A stretch of 64,000 bases of DNA. Origin: Eledone cirrhosa. Its lineage: Eukaryota. The translations under genes were made by a program, and so were the position numbers. The notes under the pieces were generated by a model, which saw only the letters and a list, made by a program, of their open reading frames with translations, was not told the origin of the DNA and did no database searches. The stretch is taken from assembly GCA_964016885.1 (NCBI GenBank), contig OZ024740.1, positions 238,390,001 through 238,454,000 on the forward strand, read 5' to 3'. This document shows, one piece after another, positions 38,096 through 50,400 of the stretch (within the stretch, counting starts at the first letter, position 1; every line of letters begins with the position of its first letter).

Positions 38096-38999
38096 TCAGA
38101 ACAACACTACTGTTTCTATATCAACTCACATATCAAACCAGCCAATAAAGGCACCTTAATGAGGTAATTCATGTTGCCAAATCTCCCTCAAAACATACCC
38201 TAATATCTTAAAAACTGTGTATTTTGGACACATTTGATAATGTAGTCAAGGGTACATAATGCCTGAATAAAAAAACATGATGGCCATGGCTGGCATGCCT
38301 TTGATCATAGGTCTGCTCAGTCAGGGCCAACCTGGAGGTAAACAACAACTCAATAAACATCACTAGAGCATGTACTGTCTTCATAGTTTCACTACCTCCA
38401 ACACAGCATATCTAGAGTAGACACAATATACTGCTAAGGTTCTCAACATAAGCAATCAACAATCAACATTTCCAGACCTTATCTGCTTATTAGCACTCTT
38501 CCTCTATTCCAATCATCTCTCCTTTTCTTCAGCCCCTCATTTCATTAATGCTCTCTACATTAACTCTGACACCATCCCTTACAAATTTGTTTACTTCAAT
38601 GGATGTTTTTTCCTACATTTTAAGATCAACCAATACTATCTTTGCTGCATCTCCATGCTAACCCTTTTGATACCAATTTATTTTTGATTCTCTTATTAAA
38701 AAAACTATTCGTTTTAGAGTGTTTATATATAATTAATAACCTTTCATCATAATTTTATGCTTGGAACACCAGCTTAATAAAGAAAAAGTTAGTTATATTA
38801 CTAAATGTCATCAAATTCTTGATTATTTTAGAATTTATTTGAAAACCGTAAGTCTTTAATAGGAATATGGTATTTTGGGTAAAGTAATGGTATTTCTGGA
38901 AGGTTGTTATTGTTTAACTCAATGCTAGCCCTGTTTGAACAGAGACATTTCAGCCTTAAACACCGCATAATTATATATGTATATATCCTAAATGTAGTT

Positions 39000-39145
39000 G
39001 GTGTTAGGATGGCCACCCAGCCATAGGAACCAAGCCAGAGAGTTCTGTATGAGCAAGATATGGTCATCTGATTTGACTTGTCTAACCCATGCTAGCATGG
39101 AAAAATGGACGTTGAATGGTGATGATGATGATGATGATGATGATG
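39000..39145 (+). mobile_element. Retroposon 3' tail ending in (GAT)n
   Basis: GGTGTTAGGATGGCCACCCAGCC...CCCATGCTAGCATGGAAAAATGGACGTT then (GAT)n. An inverted partial copy lies at ~39345-39420. Confidence 0.65.
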
Positions 39146-39297
39146 GTCCTTTATTATAGCTAAGTGATGTGTCTTGTGAGCACACAGGTGAAACTCCAGA
39201 GTAACAAGATTCATCACTTAGCCATATTACAGATATTATTAAGTTCTACTTTGGGTATTGAGTACTCATTCTTGCATTTGTTAATATCACATAGATG

Positions 39298-39344
<47 letters not shown>

Positions 39345-39448
39345 TAATCATCACCGTTTAACGTCCATTTTCTACGCAAGCAAGAGTTAGACGAGTTGTC
39401 CTGATCAGGTGACCATGTCTTGCGCATATTATATATATATATATATAA

Positions 39449-39638
39449 AGGGCGATGGATTGGCAGTATCGGTAGAGGGTCGGACGCCATGCGTTGACAC
39501 ATAGAGTTACGGCCCTTTCCATTCTGAGTTCAAATCCCACCGAGGTTAACTTTGCCTTTCATCCTTATGGGGTTGATAAAATAAAGTACCAGTAATGCAC
39601 TGGGTATTTGCTGGCCTTGTGCCAAAAGTAGAAACAAT
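39449..39638 (+). mobile_element. Young tRNA-derived SINE inserted in (TA)n
   Basis: Full-length family consensus flanked by TA repeats on both sides. Confidence 0.92.
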
Positions 39639-39699
39639 TATATATATATATATATATGTACATAACTATATTGTCAAATGTGTCTTTTTGTTAAGAATA

Positions 39700-40330
39700 T
39701 AATAATAATAATAATAATGAAATTATTGTGTACAGTGCTCAGGTGCACTACAACTCATCAAAGGTGCATGTATAGTACATAGAATAATGTACAAATGTCA
39801 GGAAAATGAACAGTGCACGAGTCATGATATAATAACAATAACAATAATGAAATATTGTGTACAGTGCCCAGGTGCACCACAACTCATCAAAAAAGTGCAT
39901 GTACAGTACATAGGGCAATGCACAAACATCAGTAAAATGAACAGTGCACGAGTCATGATACACATATGTGTGCATGTGTATGGAAGGGGTACATCAGGTG
40001 TAGTTTTGGCGTATTTCGGGAAGCATGAGTGTCTTAAAGGATGCAGTGTCTCGGCAGCTAACAATTGACGCAGGCAGTTTGTTCCATGCTTCAGCAACTC
40101 TGAGCATGAAAAAATGTCTACGAAAGTCATGGGAGCTGTGCTGTTTTCTGATCTTGTAGGCATGTCCACGTGTGTTAGACACATGGAGATCAAAGAGGCG
40201 CTCAGGGTTGCAATTGGCGAGATGGTTAAAAACTTTGTGAATGTAGGATGAAATTTGAAGGTGATTTTGCTGCTACTTCTATCAGGCTGGACAACTATGT
40301 ACAGACTCCATTGTTGGCTTGCCTGGAAAG
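39700..40330 (-). mobile_element. CR1-clade LINE 3' end with duplicated 3'UTR
   Basis: SNTRGHAYKIRKQHSSHDFRRHFFMLRVAEAWNKLP (TRGH...FF..RV...WN.LP). (TTA)n tail. A related 3'UTR fragment lies at ~17365-17412. Confidence 0.9.
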
Positions 40331-40877
40331 TTGTGAGTAAATGTAATGAATTTGAAATTTTCCAGGTAGTAAAACAAAATACCAGTGCAAAATTACAGTT
40401 CTATATAATCAATATATCTAGTAACTTGTTTGATATTGGAGCCCATGTTGTATAGGTATAAGGGTATTTATGATATGGTTTGAAAGCAGTGTCTAAAGTG
40501 TGCAGTTTAATGAATGAAAACAAACTTCAAAAATAAAAGATTTCTTTTTTATAACTAGTAGATTATACAATGGTCTTTTATGTTAACATTCTTATTATTC
40601 AATGGTGACTGTAACAATGGTTCTATGGCTGGTGGACACAGCCTAACTAAATGGTTAAGAAGTTTGTTTCACAATCATTAGTTCCTGTGTTCAATTCTAC
40701 AGTGTTGTATCTTGGGTAACCATCATTTACCATAGCCTTGGTCAACCCAATCCTTGTGACTGAAATTGGGTAGACAAAAACTGTTTGAAAGCCCATCTGA
40801 GGTACTGTACCTGTAATTCAAAGGGTCAGCCTTGTCACACACTATGTCATGTCAAATCTCGCACAGAATTACGTTAA

Positions 40878-41082
40878 CCTTTTAGCATTTAAACTGGACC
40901 TATCTGGCCAGAATTCGCTCACCTCTTTCTGTTCAAACTGGCTGTAACTAGCCACTCATACTGATGTTAAGGTATTGTTCTCAAAATAAATATCAAAATC
41001 TCATAGATTTGATATTATGTGAGGTAAAACCTTTACTGTGAAAATATAATTGTGTATATAGAGTAATGTAAATGCTAAAGGG
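40878..41082. mobile_element. piggyBac-like TTAA MITE, copy 3 (inverted relative to copy 1)
   Basis: TTAA|CCTTTTAGCATTTA ... TAAATGCTAAAGGG|TTAC. Confidence 0.8.
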
Positions 41083-41459
41083 TTACATGAACACACATCA
41101 CTGAAACCAACAAAGGATCATTCCATTGTTTGGCTGAAAAGATAGTGGGCTTGTGGTGACTGCTGAGAATGTATAGTGTTAGTGAAGGTAGATGACATAT
41201 AATTGACTATAAGGTGTATGTATGTTGGTGGTGTCAGGTTGTATGACACTGAAGGCACAAGACATGTAGTGACTGCCAATAGAGAGTATGTCATGTAAGC
41301 CATGTTATGTTGGATGTCAGTGAAGGTAGAGGATTTGTAGGAAGTAGAAACTATGATATATCAAACTATGTTGTATAGCAATGAAGATAGTGGACCCGTC
41401 CTGATTGGAGAGACTGTATGGTGTGTCAATGGTCCGATGTTTTATGACAGTCAAGATAG

Positions 41460-44400
41460 AGGAGCTGTAGTGACTGTATGGTGTGATGTTATATGGTAGT
41501 GAAGGTAGAGGACCTGTAGTGACTGTATGGTGTGGTGTTGTATGGTAGTGAAGGTAGAGGTGTTGTAGTGACTGTATGGTGTGGTGTTGTATGGTAGTAA
41601 AGGTAGAGGTGTTGTAGTGACTGTATGGTGTGATGTTATATGGTAGTGAAGGTAGAGGTGTTGTATTGTCTGTATGGTGTAGTGTTGTATGGTAGTGAAG
41701 GTAGGGGTGTTGTAGTGACAGTATAGTGTGGTGTTGTATGGTAGTGAAGGTAGAGGTGTTGTATTGACTGTATGGTGTGGTGTTGTATGGTAGTGAAGGT
41801 AGAGGTGTTGTAGTGACTGTATAGTGTGGTGTTGTATGGTAGTGAAGGTAGAGGTGTTGTAGTGACTGTATGATGTAATGTTGTATGGTAGTGAAGGTAG
41901 AGGTGTTGTAGTGAATGTATGGTGTGGTGTTGTATTGTAGTGAAGGTAGAGGTGTTGTAGTGACTGTATAGTGTGGTGTTGTATGGTAGTGAAGGTAGAG
42001 GTGTTGTAGTGACTGTATGGTGTGGTGTTGTATGGTAGTGAAGGTAGAGGTGTTGTAGTGACTGTATGGTGTGGTGTTGTATGGTAGTGAAGGTAGAGGT
42101 GTTGTAGTGACTGTATGGTGTGGTGTTGTATTGTAGTGAAAGTAGAGGTGTTGTAGTGACTGTATAGTGTGGTGTTGTATGGTAGTGAAGGTAGGGGTGT
42201 TGTAGTGACTGTATGGTGTGGTCTTGTATGGTAGTGAAGGTAGAGGTGTTGTAGTGACTGTATGGTGTGGTGTTGTATGGTAGTGAAGGTAGAGGTGTTG
42301 TAGTGACTGTATGGTGTGGTGTTGTATGGTAGTGAAGGTAGAGGTGTTGTAGTGACTGTATGGTGTGGTGTTGTATGGTAGTGAAGGTAGGGGTGTTGTA
42401 GTGACTGTATGGTGTGGTCTTGTATGGTAGTGAAGGTAGAGGTGTTGTAGTGACTGTATGGTGTGGTGTTGTATGGTAGTGAAGGTAGGGGTGTTGTAGT
42501 GACTGTATGGTGTGGTCTTGTATGGTAGTGAAGGTAGAGGTGTTGTAGTGACTGTATGGTGTGGTGTTGTATGGTAGTGAAGGTAGAGGTGTTGTAGTGA
42601 CTGTATAGTGTGGTGTTGTATGGTAGTGAAGGTAGAGGTGTTGTAGTGACTGTGGTGTGGTGTTGTATGGTAGTGAAGGTAGAGGTGTTGTAGTGACTGT
42701 ATGGTGTGGTGTTGTATGGTAGTGAAGGTAGAGGACCTGTAGTGACTGTATGGTGTGGTGTTGTATGGTATTAAAGGTAGAGGTGTTGTAGTGACTGTAT
42801 AGTGTGGTGTTGTATTGTAGTGAAGGTAGAGGACCTGTAGTGACTGTATGGTGTGGTGTTGTATGGTAGTGCAGGTAGAGGTGTTGTAGTGACTGTATGG
42901 TGTGGTGTTGTATGGTAGTGGAGCTAGAGGTGTTGTAGTGACTGTGGTGTGGTGTTGTATGGTAGTGAAGGTAGAGGTGTTGTAGTGACTGTATGGTGTG
43001 GTGTTGTATGGTAGTGAAGGTGGAGGTGTTGTAGTGACTGTATGGTGTGGTGTTGTATGGTAGTGAAGGTAGAGGTGTTGTAGTGACTGTATGGTGTGGT
43101 GTTGTATGGTAGTGAAGGTAGAGGTGTTGTAGTGACTGTATAGTGTGGTGTTGTATGGTAGTGAAGGTAGGGGTGTTGTAATGACTGTATGGTGTGGTGT
43201 TGTATGGTAGTGAAGGTAGAGGTGTTGTAGTGACTGTATAGTGTGGTGTTGTATGGTAGTGAAGGTAGAGGTGTTGTAGTGACTGTATGGTGCGGTGTTG
43301 TATGGTAGTGAAGGTAGAGGTGTTGTAGTGACTGTATAGTGTGGTGTTGTATGGTAGTGAAGGTAGAGGTGTTGTAGTGGCTGTATGGTGTGGTGTGGTA
43401 TGGTAGTGAAGGTAGAGGTGTTGTAGTGACTGTATAATGTGGTGTTGTATGGTAGTGAAGGTAGAGGTGTTGTAGTGACTGTATGGTGTGATGTTGTATG
43501 GTAGTGAAGGTAGAGGTGTTGTAGTGACTGTATGGTGTGGTGTTGTATGGTAGTGAAGGTAGAGGTGTTGTAGTGACTGTATGGTGTGGTGTTGTATGGT
43601 AGTGAAGGTAGAGGTGTTGTAGTGACTGTATAGTGTGGTGTTGTATGGTAGTGAAGGTAGAGGTGTTGTAGTGACTGTATAGTGTGGTGTTGTATGGTAG
43701 TGAAGGTAGAGGTGTTGTAGTGACTGTATGGTGTGGTGTTGTATGGTAGTGAAGGTAGAGGTGTTGTAGTGACTGTATAGTGTGGTGTTGTATGGTAGTG
43801 AAGGTAGAGGTGTTGTAGTGACTGTATAGTGTGGTGTTGTATGGTAGTGCAGGTAGAGGTGTTGTAGTGACTGTATGGTGTGGTGTTGTATGGTAGTGAA
43901 GGTAGAGGTGTTGTAGTGACTGTATAGTGTGGTGTTGTATGGTAGTGAAGGTAGAGGTGTTGTAGTGGCTGTATGGTGTGGTGTGGTATGGTAGTGAAGG
44001 TAGAGGTGTTGTAGTGACTGTATGGTGTGGTGTTGTATGGTAGTGAAGGTAGAGGTGTTGTAGTGACTGTATAGTGTGGTGTTGTATGGTAGTGAAGGTA
44101 GAGGTGTTGTAGTGACTGTGGTGTGGTGTTGTATGGTAGTGAAGGTAGAGGTGTTGTAGTGACTGTATGGTGTGGTGTTGTATGGTAGTGAAGGTAGAGG
44201 TGTTGTAGTGACTGTATGGTGTGGTGTTGTATGGTAGTGAAGGTAGAGGTGTTGTAGTGACTGTATGGTGTGGTGTTGTATGGTAGTGAAGGTAAAGGTG
44301 TTGTAGTGACTGTATGGTGTGGTGTTGTATGGTAGTGAAGGTAAAGGTGTTGTAGTGACTGTATGGTGTGGTGTTGTATGGTAGTGAAGGTAGAGGTGTT

Positions 44401-47400
44401 GTAGTGACTGTATGGTGTGGTGTTGTATGGTAGTGAAGGTAGAGGTGTTGTAGTGACTGTATGGTGTGGTGTTGTATGGTAGTGAAGGTAGAGGTGTTGT
44501 AGTGACTGTATGGTGTGGTGTTGTATGGTAGTGAAGGTAGAGGTGTTGTAGTGACTGTATGGTGTGGTGTTGTATGGTAGTGAAGGTAGAGGTGTTGTAG
44601 TGACTGAATGGTGTGGTGTTGTATGGTAGTGAAGGTAGAGGTGTTGTAGTGACTGTATAGTATGGTGTGGTATGGTAGTGAAGGTAGAGGTGTTGTAGTG
44701 ACTGTATGGTGTGGTGTTGTATGGTAGTGAAGGTAGAGGTCTTGTAGTGACTGTATAGTGTGGTGTTGTATGGTAGTGAAGGTAGAGGTGTTGGAGAGAC
44801 TGTATAGTGTGGTGTTGTATGGTAGTGAAGGTAGAGGTGTTGTAGTGACTGTATGGTGTGGTGTTGTATGGTAGTGAAGGTAGAGGTGTTGTAGTGACTG
44901 TATAGTATGGTGTGGTATGGTAGTGAAGGTAGAGGTGTTGTAGTGACTGTATGGTGTGGTGTTGTATGGTAGTGAAGGTAGAGGTGTTGTAGTGACTGTA
45001 TGGTGTGGTGTTGTATGGTAGTGAAGGTAGAGGTGTTGTAGTGACTGTATGGTGTGGTGTTGTATGGTAGTGAAGGTAGAGGTGGTGTAGTGACTGTATG
45101 GTGTGGTGTTGTATGATAGTGAAGGTAGAGGTGGTGTAGTAACTGTATGGTGTGGTGTTGGATGGTAGTGAAGGTAGAGGTGTTGGAGAGACTGTATAGT
45201 GTGGTGTTGTATGGTAGTGAAGGTAGAGGTGTTGTAGTGACTGTATAGTGTGGTGTTGTATGGTAGTGAAGGTAGAGGTGGAGTAGTGACTGTATGGTGT
45301 GGTGTTGTATGGTAGTGAAGGTAGAGGTGGTGTAGTGACTGTATAGTGTGGTGTTGTATGATAGTGAAGGTAGAGGTGGTGTAGTAACTGTATGGTGTGG
45401 TGTTGGATGGTAGTGAAGGTAGAGGTGTTGTAGTGACTGTATGGTGTGGTGTTGTATGGTAGTGAAGGTAGAGGTGTTGTAGTGACTGTATGGTGTGGTG
45501 TTGTATGGTAGTGAAGGTAGAGGTGGTGTAGTGACTGTATGGTGTGGTGTTGTATTGTAGTGAAGGTAGAGGTGTTGTAGTGACTGTATGGTTTGGTGTT
45601 GTATGGTAGTGAAGGTAGAGGTGTTGTAGTGACTGTATGGTGTGGTGTTGTATGGTAGTGAAGGTAGAGGTGTTGTAGTGAATGTATGGTGTGGTGTTGT
45701 ATGGTACTGAAGGTAGAGGTGTTGTAGTGATTGTATGGTGTGGTGTTGTATGGTAGTGAAGGTAGAGGTGGTGTAGTGACTGTATGGTGTGGTGTTGTAT
45801 TGTAGTGAAGGTAGAGGTGTTGTAGTGACTGTATGGTGTGGTGTTGTATGGTAGTGAAGGTAGAGGTGTTGTAGTGACTGTATGGTGGTGTTGTATGGTA
45901 GTGAAGGTAGAGGTGTTGTAGTGACTGTATAGTGTGGTGTTGTATGGTAGTGATGGTAGAGGTGTTGTAGTGACTGTATAGTGTGGTGTTGTATGGTAGT
46001 GAAGGTAGAGGTGTTGTTGTGACTGTATGGTGTGGTATTGTTTGGTAGTGAAGGTAGAGGTGTTGTAGTGACTGTATAGTGTGGTGTTGTATGGTAGTGA
46101 TGGTAGAGGTGTTGTAGTGACTGTATAGTGTGGTGTTGTATGGTAGTGAAGGTAGAGGTGTTGTTGTGACTGTATGGTGTGGTATTGTTTGGTAGTGAAG
46201 GTAGAGGTGTTGTAGTGACTGTATAGTGTGGTGTTGTATGGTAGTGAAGGTAGAGGTGTTGTAGTGACTGTATGGTGTGGTGTTGTATGGTAGTGAAGGT
46301 AGAGGTGGTGTAGTGACTGTATGGTGTGGTGTTGTATGGTAGTGAAGGTAGAGGTGTTGTAGTGACTGTATAGTGTGGTGTTGTATGGTAGTGAAGGTAG
46401 AGGTGGTGTAGTGACTGTATGGTGTGGTGTTGTATTGTAGTGAAGGTAGAGGTGTTGTAGTGACTGTATAGTGTGGTGTTGTATGGTAGTGATGGTAGAG
46501 GTGTTGTAGTGACTGTATAGTGTGGTGTTGTATGGTAGTGAAGGTAGAGGTGTTGTTGTGACTGTATGGTGTGGTATTGTTTGGTAGTGAAGGTAGAGGT
46601 GCTGTAGTGACTGTATAGTGTGGTGTTGTATGGTAGTGAAGGTAGAGGTGTTGTAGTGACTGTATGGTGTGGTGTTGTATGGTAGTGGAGGTAGAGATAT
46701 TGTAGTGACTGTATGGTGTGGTGTTGTATGGTAGTGAAGGTACAGGTGTTGTAGTGACTGTATGGTGTGGTGTTGTATTGTAGTGAAGGTAGAGGTGTTG
46801 TAGTGACTGTATGGTGTGGTGTTGTATTGTAGTGAAGGTAGAGGTGTTGTATGGCTGTATAGTGTGGTGTTGTATGGTAGTGATGGTAGAGGTGTTGTAG
46901 TGACTGTATAGTGTGGTGTTGTATGGTAGTGAAGGTAGAGGTGTTGTTGTGACTGTATGGTGTGGTGTTGTATGGTAGTGAAGGTAGAGGAGCTGTAGTG
47001 ACTGTATGGTGTGGTATGGTAGTGAAGGTAGAGGTGTTGTAGTGACTGTATAGTGTGGTGTTGTATGGTAGTGAAGGTAGAGGTGGTGTAGTGACTGTAT
47101 GGTGTGGTGTTGTATGGTAGTGAAGGTAGAGGTGTTGTAGTGACTGTATAGTGTGGTGTTGTATGGTAGTGAAGGTAGAGGTGTTGTTGTGACTGTATGG
47201 TGTGGTATTGTTTGGTAGTGAAGGTAGAGGTGCTGTAGTGACTGTATAGTGTGGTGTTGTATGGTAGTGAAGGTAGAGGTGTTGTAGTGACTGTATGGTG
47301 TGGTGTTGTATGGTAGTGGAGGTAGAGATATTGTAGTGACTGTATGGTGTGGTGTTGTATGGTAGTGAAGGTACAGGTGTTGTAGTGACTGTATGGTGTG

Positions 47401-50400
47401 GTGTTGTATTGTAGTGAAGGTAGAGGTGTTGTAGTGACTGTATGGTGTGGTGTTGTATTGTAGTGAAGGTAGAGGTGTTGTATGGCTGTATAGTGTGGTG
47501 TTGTATGGTAGTGATGGTAGAGGTGTTGTAGTGACTGTATAGTGTGGTGTTGTATGGTAGTGAAGGTAGAGGTGTTGTTGTGACTGTATGGTGTGGTGTT
47601 GTATGGTAGTGAAGGTAGAGGAGCTGTAGTGACTGTATGGTGTGGTATGGTAGTGAAGGTAGAGGTGTTGTAGTGACTGTATAGTGTGGTGTTGTATGGT
47701 AGTGAAGGTAGAGGTGGTGTAGTGACTGTATGGTGTGGTGTTGTATGGTAGTGAAGGTAGAGGTGTTGTAGTGACTGTATAGTGTGGTGTTGTATGGTAG
47801 TGAAGGTAGAGGTGTTGTAGTGACTGTATGGTGTGGTGTTGTATGGTAGTAAAGGTAGAGGTGTTGTAGTGACTGTATAGTGTGGTGTTGTATGGTAGTG
47901 AAGGTAGAGGTGGTGTAGTGACTGTATGGTGTGGTGTTGTATTGTAGTGAAGATAGAGGTGTTGTAGTGACTGTATAGTGTGGTGTTGTATGGTAGTGAA
48001 GGTAGAGGTGTTGTTGTGACTGTATGGTGTGGTATTGTTTGGTAGTGAAGGTAGAGGTGTTGTAGTGACTGTATAGTGTGGTGTTGTATGGTAGTGAAGG
48101 TAGAGGTGTTGTAGTGACTGTATGGTGTGGTGTTGTATGGTAGTGGAGGTAGAGATGTTGTAGTGACTGTATGGTGTGGTGTTGTATGGTAGTGAAGGTA
48201 GAGGTCTTGTAGTGACTGTATAGTATGGTGTGGTATGGTAGTGAAGGTAGAGGTGTTGTAGTGACTGTATGGTGTGGTGTTGTATGGTAGTGAAGGTAGA
48301 GGTGTTGTAGTGACTGTATAGTGTGGTGTGGTATGGTAGTGAAGGTAGAGGTGTTGTAGTGACTGTATGGTGTGGTATTGTTTGGTAGTGAAGGTAGAGG
48401 TGTTGTAGTGACTGTATAGTGTGGTGTTGTATGGTAGTGAAGGTAGAGGTGTTGTAGTGACTGTATGGTGTGGTGCTGTATGGTAGTGGAGGTAGAGATG
48501 TTGTAGTGACTGTATGGTGTGGTGTTGTATGGTAGTGAAGGTAGAGGTGTTGTAGTGACTGTATAGTATGGTGTTGTATGGTAGTGAAGGTAGAGGTGTT
48601 GTATTGACTGTATGGTGTGGTGTTGTATGGTAGTGAAGGTAGAGGTGTTGTAGTGACTGTATGGTGTGGTGGTGTATGGTAGTGAAGGTAGAGGTGTTGT
48701 AGTGACTGTATGGTGTGGTGGTGTATGGTAGTGAAGGTAGAGGTGTTGTAGTGACTGTATGGTGTGGTGTTGTATGGTAGTGAAGGTAGATGTGTTGTAG
48801 TGACTGTATGGTGTGGTGTTGTATGGTAGTGAAGGTAGAGGTGTTGTAGTGACTGTATGGTGTGGTGTTGTATGGTAGTGAAGGTAGAGGTGTTGTAGTG
48901 ACTGTATGGTGTGGTGTTGTATGGTATTAAAGGTAGAGGTGTTGTATTGACTGTATGGTGTAGTGTTGTATGGTAGTGAAGGTAGAGGTGTTGTAGTGAC
49001 TGTATGGTGTGGTGTTGTATGGTAGTGAAGGTAGAGGTGTTGTAGTGACTGTATGGTGTGGTGTTGTATGGTAGTGAAGGTAGAGGTGTTGTAGTGACTG
49101 TAGAGTGTGGTGTTGTATGGTAGTGAAGGTAGAGGTGTTGTAGTGACTGTATGGTGTGGTGTTGTATGGTAGTGAAGGTAGAGGTGTTGTAGGGACTGTA
49201 TGGTGTGGTGTTGTATGGTAGTGAAGGTAGATGTGTTGTAGGGACTGTATGGTGTGGTGTTGTATGCTAGTGAAGGTAGAGGTGTTGTAGTGACTGTATA
49301 GTGTGGTGTTGTATGGTAGTGAAGGTAGATGTGTTGTAGGGACTGTATGGTGTGGTGTTGTATGGTAGTGAAGGTAGGGGTCTTGTAGTGACTGTATGGT
49401 GTGGTGTTGTATGGTAGTGAAGGTAGAGGTGTTGTAGTGACTGTATAGTATGGTGTGGTATGGTAGTGAAGGTAGAGGTGTTGTAGTGACTGTATGGTGT
49501 GGTGTTGTATGGTAGTGAAGGTAGAGGTGTTGTAGTGACTGTATGGTGTGGTGTTGTATGGTAGTGAAGGTAGAGGTGTTGTAGTGACTGTATAGTATGG
49601 TGTGGTATGGTAGTGAAGGTAGAGGTGTTGTAGTGACTGTATGGTGTGGTGTTGTATGGTAGTGAAGGTAGAGGTGTTGTAGTGACTGTATAGTGTGGTG
49701 TGGTATGGTAGTGAAGGTAGAGGTGTTGTAGTGACTGTATGGTGTGGTGTTGTATGGTAGTGAAGGTAGAGGTGGTGTAGTGACTGTATGGTGTGGTGTT
49801 GTATGGTAGTGAAGGTAGAGGTGTTGTAGTGACTGTATAGTGTGGTGTTGTATGGTAGTGAAGGTAGAGGTGTTGTAGTGACTGTATGGTGTGGTGTTGT
49901 ATGGTAGTGGAGGTAGAGGTGTTGTAGTGACTGTATGGTGTGGTGTTGTATGGTAGTGAAGGTAGAGGTGTTGTAGTGACTGTATGGTGTGGTGTTGTAT
50001 GGTAGTGAAGGTAGAGGTGGTGTAGTGACTGTATGGTGTGGTGTTGTATTGTAGTGAAGGTAGAGGTGTTGTAGTGACTGTATAGTGTGGTGTTGTATGA
50101 TAGTGAAGGTAGAGGTGGTGTAGTAACTGTATGGTGTGGTGTTGTATGGTAGTGAAGGTAGAGGTGTTGTAGTGACTGTATGGTGTGGTGTTGTATGGTA
50201 GTGAAGGTAGAGGTGTTGTAGTGACTGTATGGTGTGGTGTTGTATGGTAGTGAAGGTAGAGGTGGTGTAGTGACTGTATGGTGTGGTGTTGTATTGTAGT
50301 GAAGGTAGAGGTGTTGTAGTGACTGTATGGTGTGGTGTTGTATGGTAGTGAAGGTAGAGGTGTTGTAGTGACTGTATGGTGTGGTGTTGTATGGTAGTGA

